This document shows, in pieces, positions 18,917 through 28,034 of a DNA stretch of 64,000 nt. Every line of letters begins with the position of its first letter. Positions within the stretch are counted from its first letter, which is position 1. Both the position numbers and the translations under genes were made by a program. Source of the DNA: Alphaproteobacteria bacterium (GTDB lineage Bacteria > Pseudomonadota > Alphaproteobacteria > GCA-2746255); NCBI GenBank assembly GCA_021296325.1, contig JAGWAR010000006.1, positions 33,572 through 97,571 of the forward strand. The letters are read 5' to 3'. The notes beneath the pieces are model-generated. The model was given only the letters and a program-made list of their open reading frames with translations. It did no database searches and was not told where the DNA came from.

Positions 18917-18936
18917 TTTCAAACTGAGACACTACC
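18917..18936 (-). repeat. Terminal inverted repeat
   Basis: TTTCAAACTGAGACACTACC, the exact reverse complement of 15143-15162. Confidence 0.92.
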
Positions 18937-18944
18937 GAGAACCG
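18937..18944 (+). repeat. 8-bp target site duplication (right copy)
   Basis: GAGAACCG. Confidence 0.9.
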
Positions 18945-18958
18945 GCCCCGGCCCCGCC

Positions 18959-20379
18959 TTATTCGGCCAGCTTCTTCTTCAGGATCTCGTTGACGAGTTT
19001 CGGGTTCGCCTTGCCCTGGGTCGCCTTCATCACCTGTTGCCGCCCTTGTAATCGGCCACTTTTTCGGCCTCGCCGGCCAACACCTGGGCGATCGCCGCCT
19101 CGATGGCGCCGGTATCCGTCACCTGGCGCAGGCCCTTTTCCTCGACGATGGCGGCGGCCGGCTTACCGGTCTCCACCATCTCGGCGAAGACATCTTTGGC
19201 GATCCGCCCCGAAATCGTGTCGTCCGCGATGAGGTCGACCAACCCGCCCAAATCCTCCGCCGAGACGGGCGAGGCCGTGACCGGAACGCCTTTCTTGTTG
19301 AGCGCGCCGAAAAGCTCGCCGATGACCCAGTTGGCGGCCAGTTTCGGGTCGCGGCCCTTCGCCACCTTCTCGTAATAGGCCGCATTCTCCTGCTCGGCGA
19401 CCAGCACGCCCGCATCGTACGGCTGAAGACTGTATTCGGTGATGAAGCGTTCCTTCTTGTCGTCGGGCAGCTCCGGCAAGGCGGCGCGCAGTTCCTCGAC
19501 GCAATCCTCGCTCAGGCGAAGCGGCAGCAAATCCGGGTCCGGGAAATAGCGGTAGTCATGCGCCTCTTCCTTTGACCGCATCGGGCGCGTCTCGCCCTTC
19601 GCCGAATCGAACAACCGCGTTTCCTGACGAATCGTGCCGCCGTCTTCCAGAAGGTCGACCTGACGGCGCGCCTCGTATTCGACGGCCTGCATGGCGAAGC
19701 GAACCGAATTCACGTTCTTGATTTCGCAGCGCGTGCCGTAAGGCTCGCCCGGCCGGCGCACGGAGACGTTCACGTCACAGCGCATCGAACCTTCTTCCAT
19801 GTTGCCGTCGCAGGTGCCGAGATAGCGCAGGATCGAGCGCAGCTTCCGAAGGTAAGCGCCAACCTCCTCCGATCCGCGCAAATCCGGCTCGGAAACGATT
19901 TCCATCAGCGCCACGCCGGCCCGGTTGAGGTCGACATAGGTCTGGTTCGGATGCTGGTCGTGGAGGCTCTTGCCGGCGTCCTGCTCCAGGTGCAACCGCG
20001 TGATGCCGACCGTGCGCGTCTTGCCGTCCGGCAGGTCGAGCAGCACCTCGCCCTTGCCCACGATCGGATGCGTCCATTGGGAAATCTGGTAGCCGGCCGG
20101 CAGGTCCGGGTAGAAATAGTTCTTGCGGTCGAAGATCGAGACCCGGTTGATCTCGGCCTTCAGCCCCAGCCCCGTGCGCACCGCCTGGCGGACGCATTCC
20201 CCGTTGATGACGGGCAGCATGCCCGGCATCGCCGCATCGACCAGCGAGACCTGGGTGTTTGGCTCGGCCCCGAAATCGGTCGGCGCGCCGGAGAAAAGCT
20301 TCGCCTTCGAGACGATTTGGGCGTGCACCTCGCAACCGATAACGATCTCCCATTCGCCGGTGGCCCCCTGAATGCCCAT
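18959..20379 (-). CDS. gatB: Asp/Glu-tRNA amidotransferase subunit B, with an apparent frameshifting deletion at 19036/19037
   Basis: [20 protein letters not shown] and YRYFPDPDL motifs. The tail [25 protein letters not shown] lies in another frame. Confidence 0.9.
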
Positions 20380-21842
20380 CACGCGCCCCTCTGGATGCCG
20401 GGCGCGGCCGCCTCCAGGGCGGCGGCGGCGCGCAGCAGGGTGGCCTCGTCGAAGGCGCGGCCGATCAACTGCAGGCCCAGGGGCAACCCGTCGGCCGACA
20501 GGCCGGCCGGCACTGACACGCCCGGCAGACCCGCCAGGCTCGCCGGCACCGTGAAGACGTCGTTCAGGTACATGGCGACGGGGTCATCTTCCTTTTCGCC
20601 GATCGGGAAGGCCGGCGTCGGCGTCGTCGGCGTGAGCAGCACGTCCACCTTGCCGAAGGCCTCTTCGAAATCGCGGGCGATCAGGGTCCGCACCTTCTGC
20701 GCCTTCAGGTAGTAGGCGTCGTAATAGCCGGCCGACAGCACATAGGCGCCGATCAGGATGCGGCGCCGGACTTCCCGGCCAAAGCCTTCGGCCCGTGTCT
20801 TCTTATACATGTCGTTGAGGTCCTCGCCTGCGACCCGAAGGCCGTAGCGGACCCCGTCATAGCGCGCCAGGTTCGACGACGCCTCCGCTGGCGCGATGAT
20901 GTAATAGGCGGGCAGTGCATATCTCGTGTGGGGCAGCGAAACGTCGACGATTTCCGCTCCTGCGTCTTTCAGCCAGACCTTGCCCTGCTCCCACAGGGCG
21001 GTGACTTCCTCCGCCATGCCATCGGCCTGGTATTCCTTCGGAATGCCGATTTTGAGCCCGCGGACGCCTTGCCCGAGGGCAGCCTCGAAGTCCGGGACCG
21101 GCACGTCGGCCGAGGTCGAATCCTTCGGGTCGAACCCCGCCATGGCGCCTAGCAGGATGGCGGCGTCGCGCACGCTACGGGCAAAGGGCCCAGCCTGGTC
21201 GAGCGAGGAAGCAAAGGCGACGATGCCCCAGCGCGAACAGCGTCCATAGGTGGGCTTCAGCCCGACGACGCCGCAGAAGGCGGCGGGTTGGCGGATCGAA
21301 CCGCCAGTGTCCGTCCCCGTCGCTCCCAGGCACAACCCCGCCGCCACGGCGGCGGCCGAGCCGCCGGAGGAACCGCCGGCCACCAGCGGCCGGTTGTCGC
21401 CCTCCCGCCGCCAGGGGTTCTCGGTCGGTCCGAAATGGCTCGTCGTCGTCGACGAGCCCATGGCGAATTCGTCCAGGTTCGTCTTGCCCATGGGCACGGC
21501 GCCGGCATCCCATAATTTCGCGGTGACCGTCGATTCGTAGGGCGGCACGAAACGGTCCAGGATGCGGGAGGCGGCGGTGGTGCGAATGCCTTCCGTGCAA
21601 AACAAATCCTTCACCGTGACCGGAATGCCTTCCAGCGCGCGGCCCTCGCCCTTGGCCAGACGCGCATCGGACGCCTTCGCGGCCGCAAGCGCCGCCTCCG
21701 GCGTCTCCGTGATGATGGCGTTGAGGCCACGGGCCGCCTCCACCGCCTGTACATGGGCGGCGACCAGTTCCTCGGCGCTGAATGCCTTCTTTCGAAGGCC
21801 GTCGCGCGCCTCGGCAAGGGAAAGATGGGTAAGCGCGGCCAT
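20379..21842 (-). CDS. gatA: Asp/Glu-tRNA amidotransferase subunit A
   Basis: Amidase signature [27 protein letters not shown]. Confidence 0.95.
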   Translation of the reverse strand: MAALTHLSLAEARDGLRKKAFSAEELVAAHVQAVEAARGLNAIITETPEAALAAAKASDARLAKGEGRALEGIPVTVKDLFCTEGIRTTAASRILDRFVPPYESTVTAKLWDAGAVPMGKTNLDEFAMGSSTTTSHFGPTENPWRREGDNRPLVAGGSSGGSAAAVAAGLCLGATGTDTGGSIRQPAAFCGVVGLKPTYGRCSRWGIVAFASSLDQAGPFARSVRDAAILLGAMAGFDPKDSTSADVPVPDFEAALGQGVRGLKIGIPKEYQADGMAEEVTALWEQGKVWLKDAGAEIVDVSLPHTRYALPAYYIIAPAEASSNLARYDGVRYGLRVAGEDLNDMYKKTRAEGFGREVRRRILIGAYVLSAGYYDAYYLKAQKVRTLIARDFEEAFGKVDVLLTPTTPTPAFPIGEKEDDPVAMYLNDVFTVPASLAGLPGVSVPAGLSADGLPLGLQLIGRAFDEATLLRAAAALEAAAPGIQRGA

Positions 21843-21848
21843 GAGCCC

Positions 21849-22136
21849 CTACTCGACGACCTTCGGAACCGTGAAGAAACCCGCCGTAGCTTCCGGCGCG
21901 TTGGCCAGGATCTTGTCGCGCTGGTCGCCTTCCGTCACCTCGTCCGCCCGGCGGCGCAATTCCATCGCGGCGACGGAGGCCATCGCTTCGACGTTTTCGG
22001 TGTCGACTTCCTCCAGCTGCTCGACAAAATCGAGAATTTTGGAAAGCTCTCCGGCCAAATCCTCGAGTTCTTCCTCGCCCACCCGAATACGGGCAAGCGA
22101 TGCGATGCCTGCCACGGTGGCCTTGTCCAGAGACAT
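21849..22136 (-). CDS. gatC: Asp/Glu-tRNA amidotransferase subunit C
   Basis: IASLARI...NAP...FFTVPKVVE; ATG at 22136. Confidence 0.92.
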   Translation of the reverse strand: MSLDKATVAGIASLARIRVGEEELEDLAGELSKILDFVEQLEEVDTENVEAMASVAAMELRRRADEVTEGDQRDKILANAPEATAGFFTVPKVVE

Positions 22137-22221
22137 GAGGTAAGTCTCTCCAGGTAAATGATCGGAATGCCTTGAAAACCGGGGCGTCCGGTGGAATATG
22201 GAGCGGAAGGTATCACCCGCT

Positions 22222-22704
22222 ATGGCGATCTGCAACCCTATGGAGCTTCGCGCACGCCTCGCCCCCGACGCGTGCCTGATCGGCCTCGACGTCGGCGAGA
22301 AAACGATCGGGATCGCATTCTCCGACCCTTCTTGCACGATCGCGACACCTTATGAGACGCTCCAGCGATCGAAATTTCGAGACGACGTTGAAAAGTTGAA
22401 AGCGCACATCGCCTCCCATCATGTCGGCGGCATCGTCGTCGGCCTGCCCATCAACATGAACGGAACGGAAGGTCCGCGTTGCCAATCGACGCGCGCCTTT
22501 GCCGACAATTTGCTGCAGGTCATCGACCTGCCGCTCGTCTTCTGGGACGAACGCCTGTCCACGGCCGCTGTGACGCGCACGCTTCTGGAGGCGGACCTCT
22601 CCCGCAAACGCCGCCGCGAAGTCGTCGACAAACTTGCCGCCGCATACATTCTGCAAGGTCTGCTCGATTCCTACGCCGCCCTCAAGAAAGAGGCCGGACC
22701 GTGA
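22222..22704 (+). CDS. ruvX: YqgF/RuvX pre-16S rRNA nuclease
   Basis: GLDVGEKTIGIA, WDERLST, VDKLAAAYILQ. Confidence 0.9.
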   Translation: MAICNPMELRARLAPDACLIGLDVGEKTIGIAFSDPSCTIATPYETLQRSKFRDDVEKLKAHIASHHVGGIVVGLPINMNGTEGPRCQSTRAFADNLLQVIDLPLVFWDERLSTAAVTRTLLEADLSRKRRREVVDKLAAAYILQGLLDSYAALKKEAGP

Positions 22705-23918
22705 CGGGCCCGCTTGCAGACGTCCGTATCCTGGATCTGACGCGCGTGCTGGCGGGACCTACCTGCACGCAGCTTCTGGGCGATTTCGGCGCCGACGTCA
22801 TCAAGATCGAACGGCCCGGCATCGGCGACGACACGCGGAAATGGGGGCCGCCCTACCTCAAGGACGCGGCCGGCAAGGAAACCTCCGAAAGCGCCTATTA
22901 CCTGAGCGCCAACCGCAACAAGCGTTCGGTGACGATCGACTTTGCGCAGCCCGAAGGCCAGGCCCTCGTGAAACGCCTTCTGGAAAAGTGCGACCTTCTT
23001 GTCGAAAACTTCAAGGGCGGCACATTAAAGAAATATGGCCTTGCCTTCGATCAGCTCCAGCCCGACTTCCCCGCCCTGATCTATTGCTCGATCTCCGGTT
23101 TCGGACAGACCGGACCTTACGCCCACCGGGCCGGCTACGACTACCTCGCCCAGGCCATGGGCGGATTGATGAGCATCACCGGCGAACCGGAGGGCGAGCC
23201 GGTCAAGGTCGGCATCGGCATCGCCGACATCATGGCCGGCATGTACGCGACCAGCGCCATCCTTGCCGCCCTTCACCGGCGCACCGAAACCGGCGAAGGG
23301 CAATCCATCGACGTCGGCCTGCTCGATTCCCAGGTCGCCTGGCTCACCTACGAAGGCCAGAACTACCTCACCTCCGGCCAGCTGCCGCAGCGGCGCGGCA
23401 ACGCGCATCCGAACATCGTCCCCTACCAAACCTTCGCGGCAGCCGACGGCTACTTCGTGCTGGCCGTCGGCAACGACCGCCAGTTTCAGAAATTCTGCGG
23501 CTTTGCGGGCTGCCCGGAGCTGGCCGAGGATCCGCGCTATCGGACGAATTCGAAGCGCATCGAAAACCGCCAGGAACTCGCCAGGATCCTAAGCGACGTG
23601 ATCGCGCAAAAGCCGATCAAATACTGGACGGAGGGGCTGGAAAAGCTGGGCGTGCCCTCCGGGCCCGTCAACGACATCCAGGGCGTTTTCGAGGACCCGC
23701 AGATCCGCCACCGCGCGATGAAGATCCGGATGCCCCATGCGCTCCGCTCGGACCCCCCGATCGACCTGATCGGCAATCCGGTCCACCTTTCGGGGACGCC
23801 CGTCTCCTATCGCCACCCGCCGCCCGTCCTCGGCCAGCACACCGACGAGATCCTGGCCGATCTGCTCGACATGCCCGAGGCCGAACGGGAAGCGTTGCGG
23901 GAAAAGGGTATTATCTAG
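22701..23918 (+). CDS. CaiB/BaiF family III CoA-transferase
   Basis: DLTRVLAGP, GADVIKIE, NRNKRS, GYDYLAQA; GTG start overlapping the ruvX stop. Confidence 0.9.
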   Translation: MTGPLADVRILDLTRVLAGPTCTQLLGDFGADVIKIERPGIGDDTRKWGPPYLKDAAGKETSESAYYLSANRNKRSVTIDFAQPEGQALVKRLLEKCDLLVENFKGGTLKKYGLAFDQLQPDFPALIYCSISGFGQTGPYAHRAGYDYLAQAMGGLMSITGEPEGEPVKVGIGIADIMAGMYATSAILAALHRRTETGEGQSIDVGLLDSQVAWLTYEGQNYLTSGQLPQRRGNAHPNIVPYQTFAAADGYFVLAVGNDRQFQKFCGFAGCPELAEDPRYRTNSKRIENRQELARILSDVIAQKPIKYWTEGLEKLGVPSGPVNDIQGVFEDPQIRHRAMKIRMPHALRSDPPIDLIGNPVHLSGTPVSYRHPPPVLGQHTDEILADLLDMPEAEREALREKGII

Positions 23919-23972
23919 GGCCTCCCCTCTTGCTTGCAGAAAGCGGGAAAGACGGCTTATAGTGGCGCTTTA

Positions 23973-24941
23973 ATGAACAAGATTGTCTCTAACACCTTCT
24001 TTCCCCACGGACATTTGCTGGGGATCGAGGGCCTTTTGGCGGGTGAGATTTCCTCTCTCCTCGACCTTTCCGAATCCCACGTCGAACAGAACCGTCAGGC
24101 CAACAAGAAGCGCCCGCTGCTGCAGGGCCGCACCGTCATCAATCTTTTCTTCGAAAGTTCGACCCGCACCCGGACCTCCTTCGAGCTTGCCTGCAAGCGC
24201 CTTGGCGCCGACGTGATCAACATGTCCGTCTCGACCAGCGCGATCAAGAAGGGCGAGACCTTGCTGGATACGGCGATGACCCTGAACGCGATGCACCCGG
24301 ACGTGCTGGTCGTGCGTCACCCCCATAGCGGCGCCGTCAAACTGCTTTCCGAAAAAGTCGCCTGCTCGGTGATCAATGCGGGCGACGGCAGCCACGAACA
24401 TCCGACCCAGGCGCTGCTTGACGCGCTGACCATTCGGCGGCGCAAGAAACGCCTGCAGGGATTGCGGGTCGCCATCTGCGGCGACGTGCTGCACAGCCGG
24501 GTTGCGCGGTCGAACATCCACCTGCTGAACACGATGGGCGCGAACGTCTGCGTCGTCGCCCCCGTCACCCTGCTGCCGATCGACATCGAACGCCTCGGTG
24601 TCGAAATCTTTCACGACATGGCGCAGGGCCTCAAGGGCTGCGACATCGTCATGATGCTGCGGCTGCAACGGGAACGGATGAACGGGAATTTCATCCCCTC
24701 GCTTCGGGAATATTTCCGCTTCTTCGGCCTCGACGCCGAAAAGCTGGCCAGCGCCAAGCCGGACGCGCTGATCATGCATCCGGGCCCCATGAACCGTGGC
24801 GTCGAGATCGACAGCGAAGTCGCCGACGACATCGCGCGCAGCGTTATTCACGAACAGGTCGAGATGGGTGTCGCGGTGCGAATGGCCTGCCTCGAAACCG
24901 TCATCCAGGCGGCTGAAACCAAAGGGAAAGCGGCGCCATGA
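23973..24941 (+). CDS. pyrB: Aspartate carbamoyltransferase catalytic subunit
   Basis: [26 protein letters not shown]. Confidence 0.95.
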   Translation: MNKIVSNTFFPHGHLLGIEGLLAGEISSLLDLSESHVEQNRQANKKRPLLQGRTVINLFFESSTRTRTSFELACKRLGADVINMSVSTSAIKKGETLLDTAMTLNAMHPDVLVVRHPHSGAVKLLSEKVACSVINAGDGSHEHPTQALLDALTIRRRKKRLQGLRVAICGDVLHSRVARSNIHLLNTMGANVCVVAPVTLLPIDIERLGVEIFHDMAQGLKGCDIVMMLRLQRERMNGNFIPSLREYFRFFGLDAEKLASAKPDALIMHPGPMNRGVEIDSEVADDIARSVIHEQVEMGVAVRMACLETVIQAAETKGKAAP

Positions 24942-26239
24942 CGGCAAAGAAAAACCGCACGGCTTACGTCAACGCCCGCCTGCTGGACCCGGCAAGCGGG
25001 CTCGACGCAAAAGGTGCCCTGCTCACGGAAGGGGGCGAGATTCTCGACCTCGGGCCGAAGCTGTTCGCCGACGGCGTGCCGGACGGCATCGAACGCATCG
25101 ACTGCCAGGGCCATTGCCTGGCGCCTGGCCTGATCGACGCCCGTGTGCAGTTGCGCGAGCCTGGCTACGAGCACAAGGAAACGATGACGACGGCAAGCCT
25201 TGCGGCGGCCTCCGGCGGCGTCACGACGATGCTGTGCCTGCCGAACACGGACCCCGTCATCGACGGGGTCGCCCTGGTCGAACTGGTCAAGCGCCGCGCC
25301 CTCGACGCCGGCCTTATCAACGTTCACCCCTACGCCGCGCTTACCCAGGGCCTCGGCGGCGAACAGATCACGGAAATGGGGCTGTTGGCCGAGGCCGGCG
25401 CCGTCGCCTTCACGGACGGCATTGCCACCGTCGCCAACGCGATGACCTTCCGCCGCGCCCTCGACTACGCGCGCACCTTCGATCTCCTGATCGTCCAGCA
25501 TCCGGAAGACCCGGCGCTGGCAAACGGCGGCGTCATGAACGAAGGCGAGCTTGCCACCCGCCTGGGCCTTGCCGGCATTCCCACCGCCGCCGAAACGATC
25601 CTGGTCGAGCGCGACCTGCGCCTGCTGGAACTGACCGGCGGGCGTTATCACGCGGCGCATCTCTCGACGGCGGACGCGATCGAAGCCGTGCGCCGGGCCA
25701 AGAAAAAAGGGTTGAACGTCACCTGCGAAACGGCGCCACCCTATTTCGCGTTGAACGAAACGGCGGTGGGCGATTACCGGACTTTTGCGAAACTTTCCCC
25801 GCCACTTCGCGACGAGACCGACCGCGAGGCCGTTATCGAAGGCCTGAAGGACGGCACGATTGATCTCATCGCAAGCGACCACGCGCCCCACGACCAGGAC
25901 AGCAAGCGGCTGCCCTTCGTGCAGGCCGAAAACGGTATCGTCGGTCTCGAGACCCTGTTGCCGCTGACGCTCGAGCTGGTTCACAACGGCTCGCTGCCGC
26001 TGCTTCGCGCGCTCGAAGCGGTGACGGTGGCGCCGGCGCGTGTCTTCCGCCTTGCCGGCGGCGTCCTGGCCAAGGGCAAGCCGGCCGATCTCGTGCTGTT
26101 CGACCTGGAGAAACCCTGGAAGATCGACGTCGAACGGTTCCGCAGCAAATCGAAGAATTCGCCCTTTGACGGCCGCCCCGTGCAAGGGGTCGTGCTGCGG
26201 ACGGTCGCCGCCGGGCAACCGGCCTTCGTTCAGGAGTAA
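24938..26239 (+). CDS. pyrC: Dihydroorotase / PyrC'-like ATCase-associated subunit
   Basis: LREPG, PNTDP, SDHAPH and SKNSPF motifs. The first metal motif reads DARVQ, lacking the His residues. Confidence 0.85.
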   Translation: MTAKKNRTAYVNARLLDPASGLDAKGALLTEGGEILDLGPKLFADGVPDGIERIDCQGHCLAPGLIDARVQLREPGYEHKETMTTASLAAASGGVTTMLCLPNTDPVIDGVALVELVKRRALDAGLINVHPYAALTQGLGGEQITEMGLLAEAGAVAFTDGIATVANAMTFRRALDYARTFDLLIVQHPEDPALANGGVMNEGELATRLGLAGIPTAAETILVERDLRLLELTGGRYHAAHLSTADAIEAVRRAKKKGLNVTCETAPPYFALNETAVGDYRTFAKLSPPLRDETDREAVIEGLKDGTIDLIASDHAPHDQDSKRLPFVQAENGIVGLETLLPLTLELVHNGSLPLLRALEAVTVAPARVFRLAGGVLAKGKPADLVLFDLEKPWKIDVERFRSKSKNSPFDGRPVQGVVLRTVAAGQPAFVQE

Positions 26240-26241
26240 CC

Positions 26242-26862
26242 ATGGCGACGCTTGCGGAAATCGCGTCGGACCATCTGTTGCTGACGGCGGCAGCGGGCTA
26301 TTTGCTCGGCTCCATTCCCTTCGGGTTGCTGCTCACGCGCCTGACCGGCCGCGGCGAGCTTCGCAAGATCGGCTCCGGCAATATCGGGGCGACGAACGTG
26401 CTGCGCTCGGGCTCGAAGCTGCTGGCCCTGCTCACCCTGCTGCTGGACGCCGGCAAGGGGGCCTTGGCCGTCGGCATCGGGCTTGAATTCGGCTTTCCGG
26501 CCGCCATGATCGCGGGCGGCGGCGCCGTCCTTGGCCATCTCTTCCCGCCCTGGCTCGGCTTTCGCGGCGGCAAAGGCGTGGCGACGACCCTTGGCGTGCT
26601 GCTGACGCTGGCCTGGCCGGTCGGCCTCATCGCCTGCATCGTCTGGCTGCTGGTCGCAGCTCTCTTCCGCTATTCTTCCCTCGCCGCGCTGATCGCCATC
26701 GGCACGGCGCCACTTGCCGCCGTCTTCTTCGGCGACATCGCCTTCACCGCTTTCACCATCCTGATCGCTGGCATCGTGCTGCTTCGCCATCACGCGAACG
26801 TCCGGCGGCTGATCCGGGGAGAAGAATCCAGGATCGGACGTTCGACCGATGCAAAAGGCTGA
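26242..26862 (+). CDS. plsY: Glycerol-3-phosphate acyltransferase
   Basis: GSGNIGATN, GGKGVAT, RHHANV. Confidence 0.93.
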   Translation: MATLAEIASDHLLLTAAAGYLLGSIPFGLLLTRLTGRGELRKIGSGNIGATNVLRSGSKLLALLTLLLDAGKGALAVGIGLEFGFPAAMIAGGGAVLGHLFPPWLGFRGGKGVATTLGVLLTLAWPVGLIACIVWLLVAALFRYSSLAALIAIGTAPLAAVFFGDIAFTAFTILIAGIVLLRHHANVRRLIRGEESRIGRSTDAKG

Positions 26863-27989
26863 TGTCAGCCACGCCGCGAACGCTTGCCGATGAAGAACGC
26901 CTCGACTGGCTTCGCCTGATCCGAAGCGAGAACGTCGGCCCGGTCACCTTCTACAAGCTCCTTGAGGCCTATGGCACGGCGGCGGCGGCCCTTGAAGCGG
27001 CACCGAAGCTCGCCCGCCGGGGCGGCCGGCAGAAACCGATCGCGGTCTGCCCGAAGGAGGAAGCGTTGCGCGAGGTCGAGGCCCACGCGACGCATGGGAC
27101 GCGCCTGGTTGCCCTGGGCGAGCCCGACTACCCGGCCGAACTGGCCCACATTTACGACCCGCCACCGATCCTGAGCCTGCGCGGCCACGCCCATCTGTTT
27201 GAAAAGCCCGTCTTCGCCATCGTCGGCGCCCGCAACGCTTCGACGAACGGCCGGCGATTGACGGAACGGATCGCGGCCGATCTGGGAACGAACGGATTGG
27301 CGATCGCCTCGGGTCTTGCGCGCGGCATCGACACCTCAGCTCACGAAGGAAGCCTTGCCTCGGGTACCATTGCCGTTCAGGCTGGCGGCATCGACGTCCC
27401 CTACCCGCAGGAGAACGCGCCGCTCTACGAGCGGATCGCAAGCGAGGGGATCCTGCTTTCCGAACAGCCCTTCGGCACGACGCCCCAGGCCCGCCACTTC
27501 CCGCGGCGCAACCGCCTCATCTCCGGCGTCGCCCTTGGCGTGTTGATCGTCGAGGCGGCGCCGAAATCCGGCTCGCTGATCACGGCGCGGATGGCGCTGG
27601 AACAGGGCCGCGAGGTCTTTGCCGTGCCGGGCTCGCCGCTTGATCCGCGCGCGCAGGGGACGAATCACCTCCTGCGCCAGGGCGCCGTCCTCACCGAATC
27701 GGCAAAGGACATTCTGATGGCGCTGGAAGGCCGGTTGCGCCGGCCGCTCGAAGAGCGCAAAGCCTTGCCTATCAAGCCGCCCGCCGCCCCGCCGCCCAGT
27801 GAATCGGAAGTCGATGCAGCCCGCACGCAAGTGCTGGAAATGCTGGGTCCCTCACCAGTAATGGTTGACGAAGTCCTTCGACGATGCCAATTGTCACCCG
27901 CCGTTCTATCCACAGTTCTTCTCGAATTAGAGCTGGCAGGCCGCCTCGAACGCCATCCCGGTAATCAGGTCTCGTTGCTGTCTCTATAA
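26862..27989 (+). CDS. dprA: DNA processing protein DprA
   Basis: IVGARNAS, SGLARGID, FPRRNR, SGSLITA. Confidence 0.93.
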   Translation: MSATPRTLADEERLDWLRLIRSENVGPVTFYKLLEAYGTAAAALEAAPKLARRGGRQKPIAVCPKEEALREVEAHATHGTRLVALGEPDYPAELAHIYDPPPILSLRGHAHLFEKPVFAIVGARNASTNGRRLTERIAADLGTNGLAIASGLARGIDTSAHEGSLASGTIAVQAGGIDVPYPQENAPLYERIASEGILLSEQPFGTTPQARHFPRRNRLISGVALGVLIVEAAPKSGSLITARMALEQGREVFAVPGSPLDPRAQGTNHLLRQGAVLTESAKDILMALEGRLRRPLEERKALPIKPPAAPPPSESEVDAARTQVLEMLGPSPVMVDEVLRRCQLSPAVLSTVLLELELAGRLERHPGNQVSLLSL

Positions 27990-28034
27990 AGAGAGAACAG
28001 GGTTTTACCTTTTTTCGGCACGGGTTGAGGGCAT

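Larger units (their letters stand above)
15143..18936 (-). mobile_element. IS1-family transporter IS (3794 bp) with passenger genes
   Basis: Perfect 20-bp terminal IRs GGTAGTGTCTCAGTTTGAAA, 8-bp TSD, DDE transposase, visibly AT-richer interior. Confidence 0.92.
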
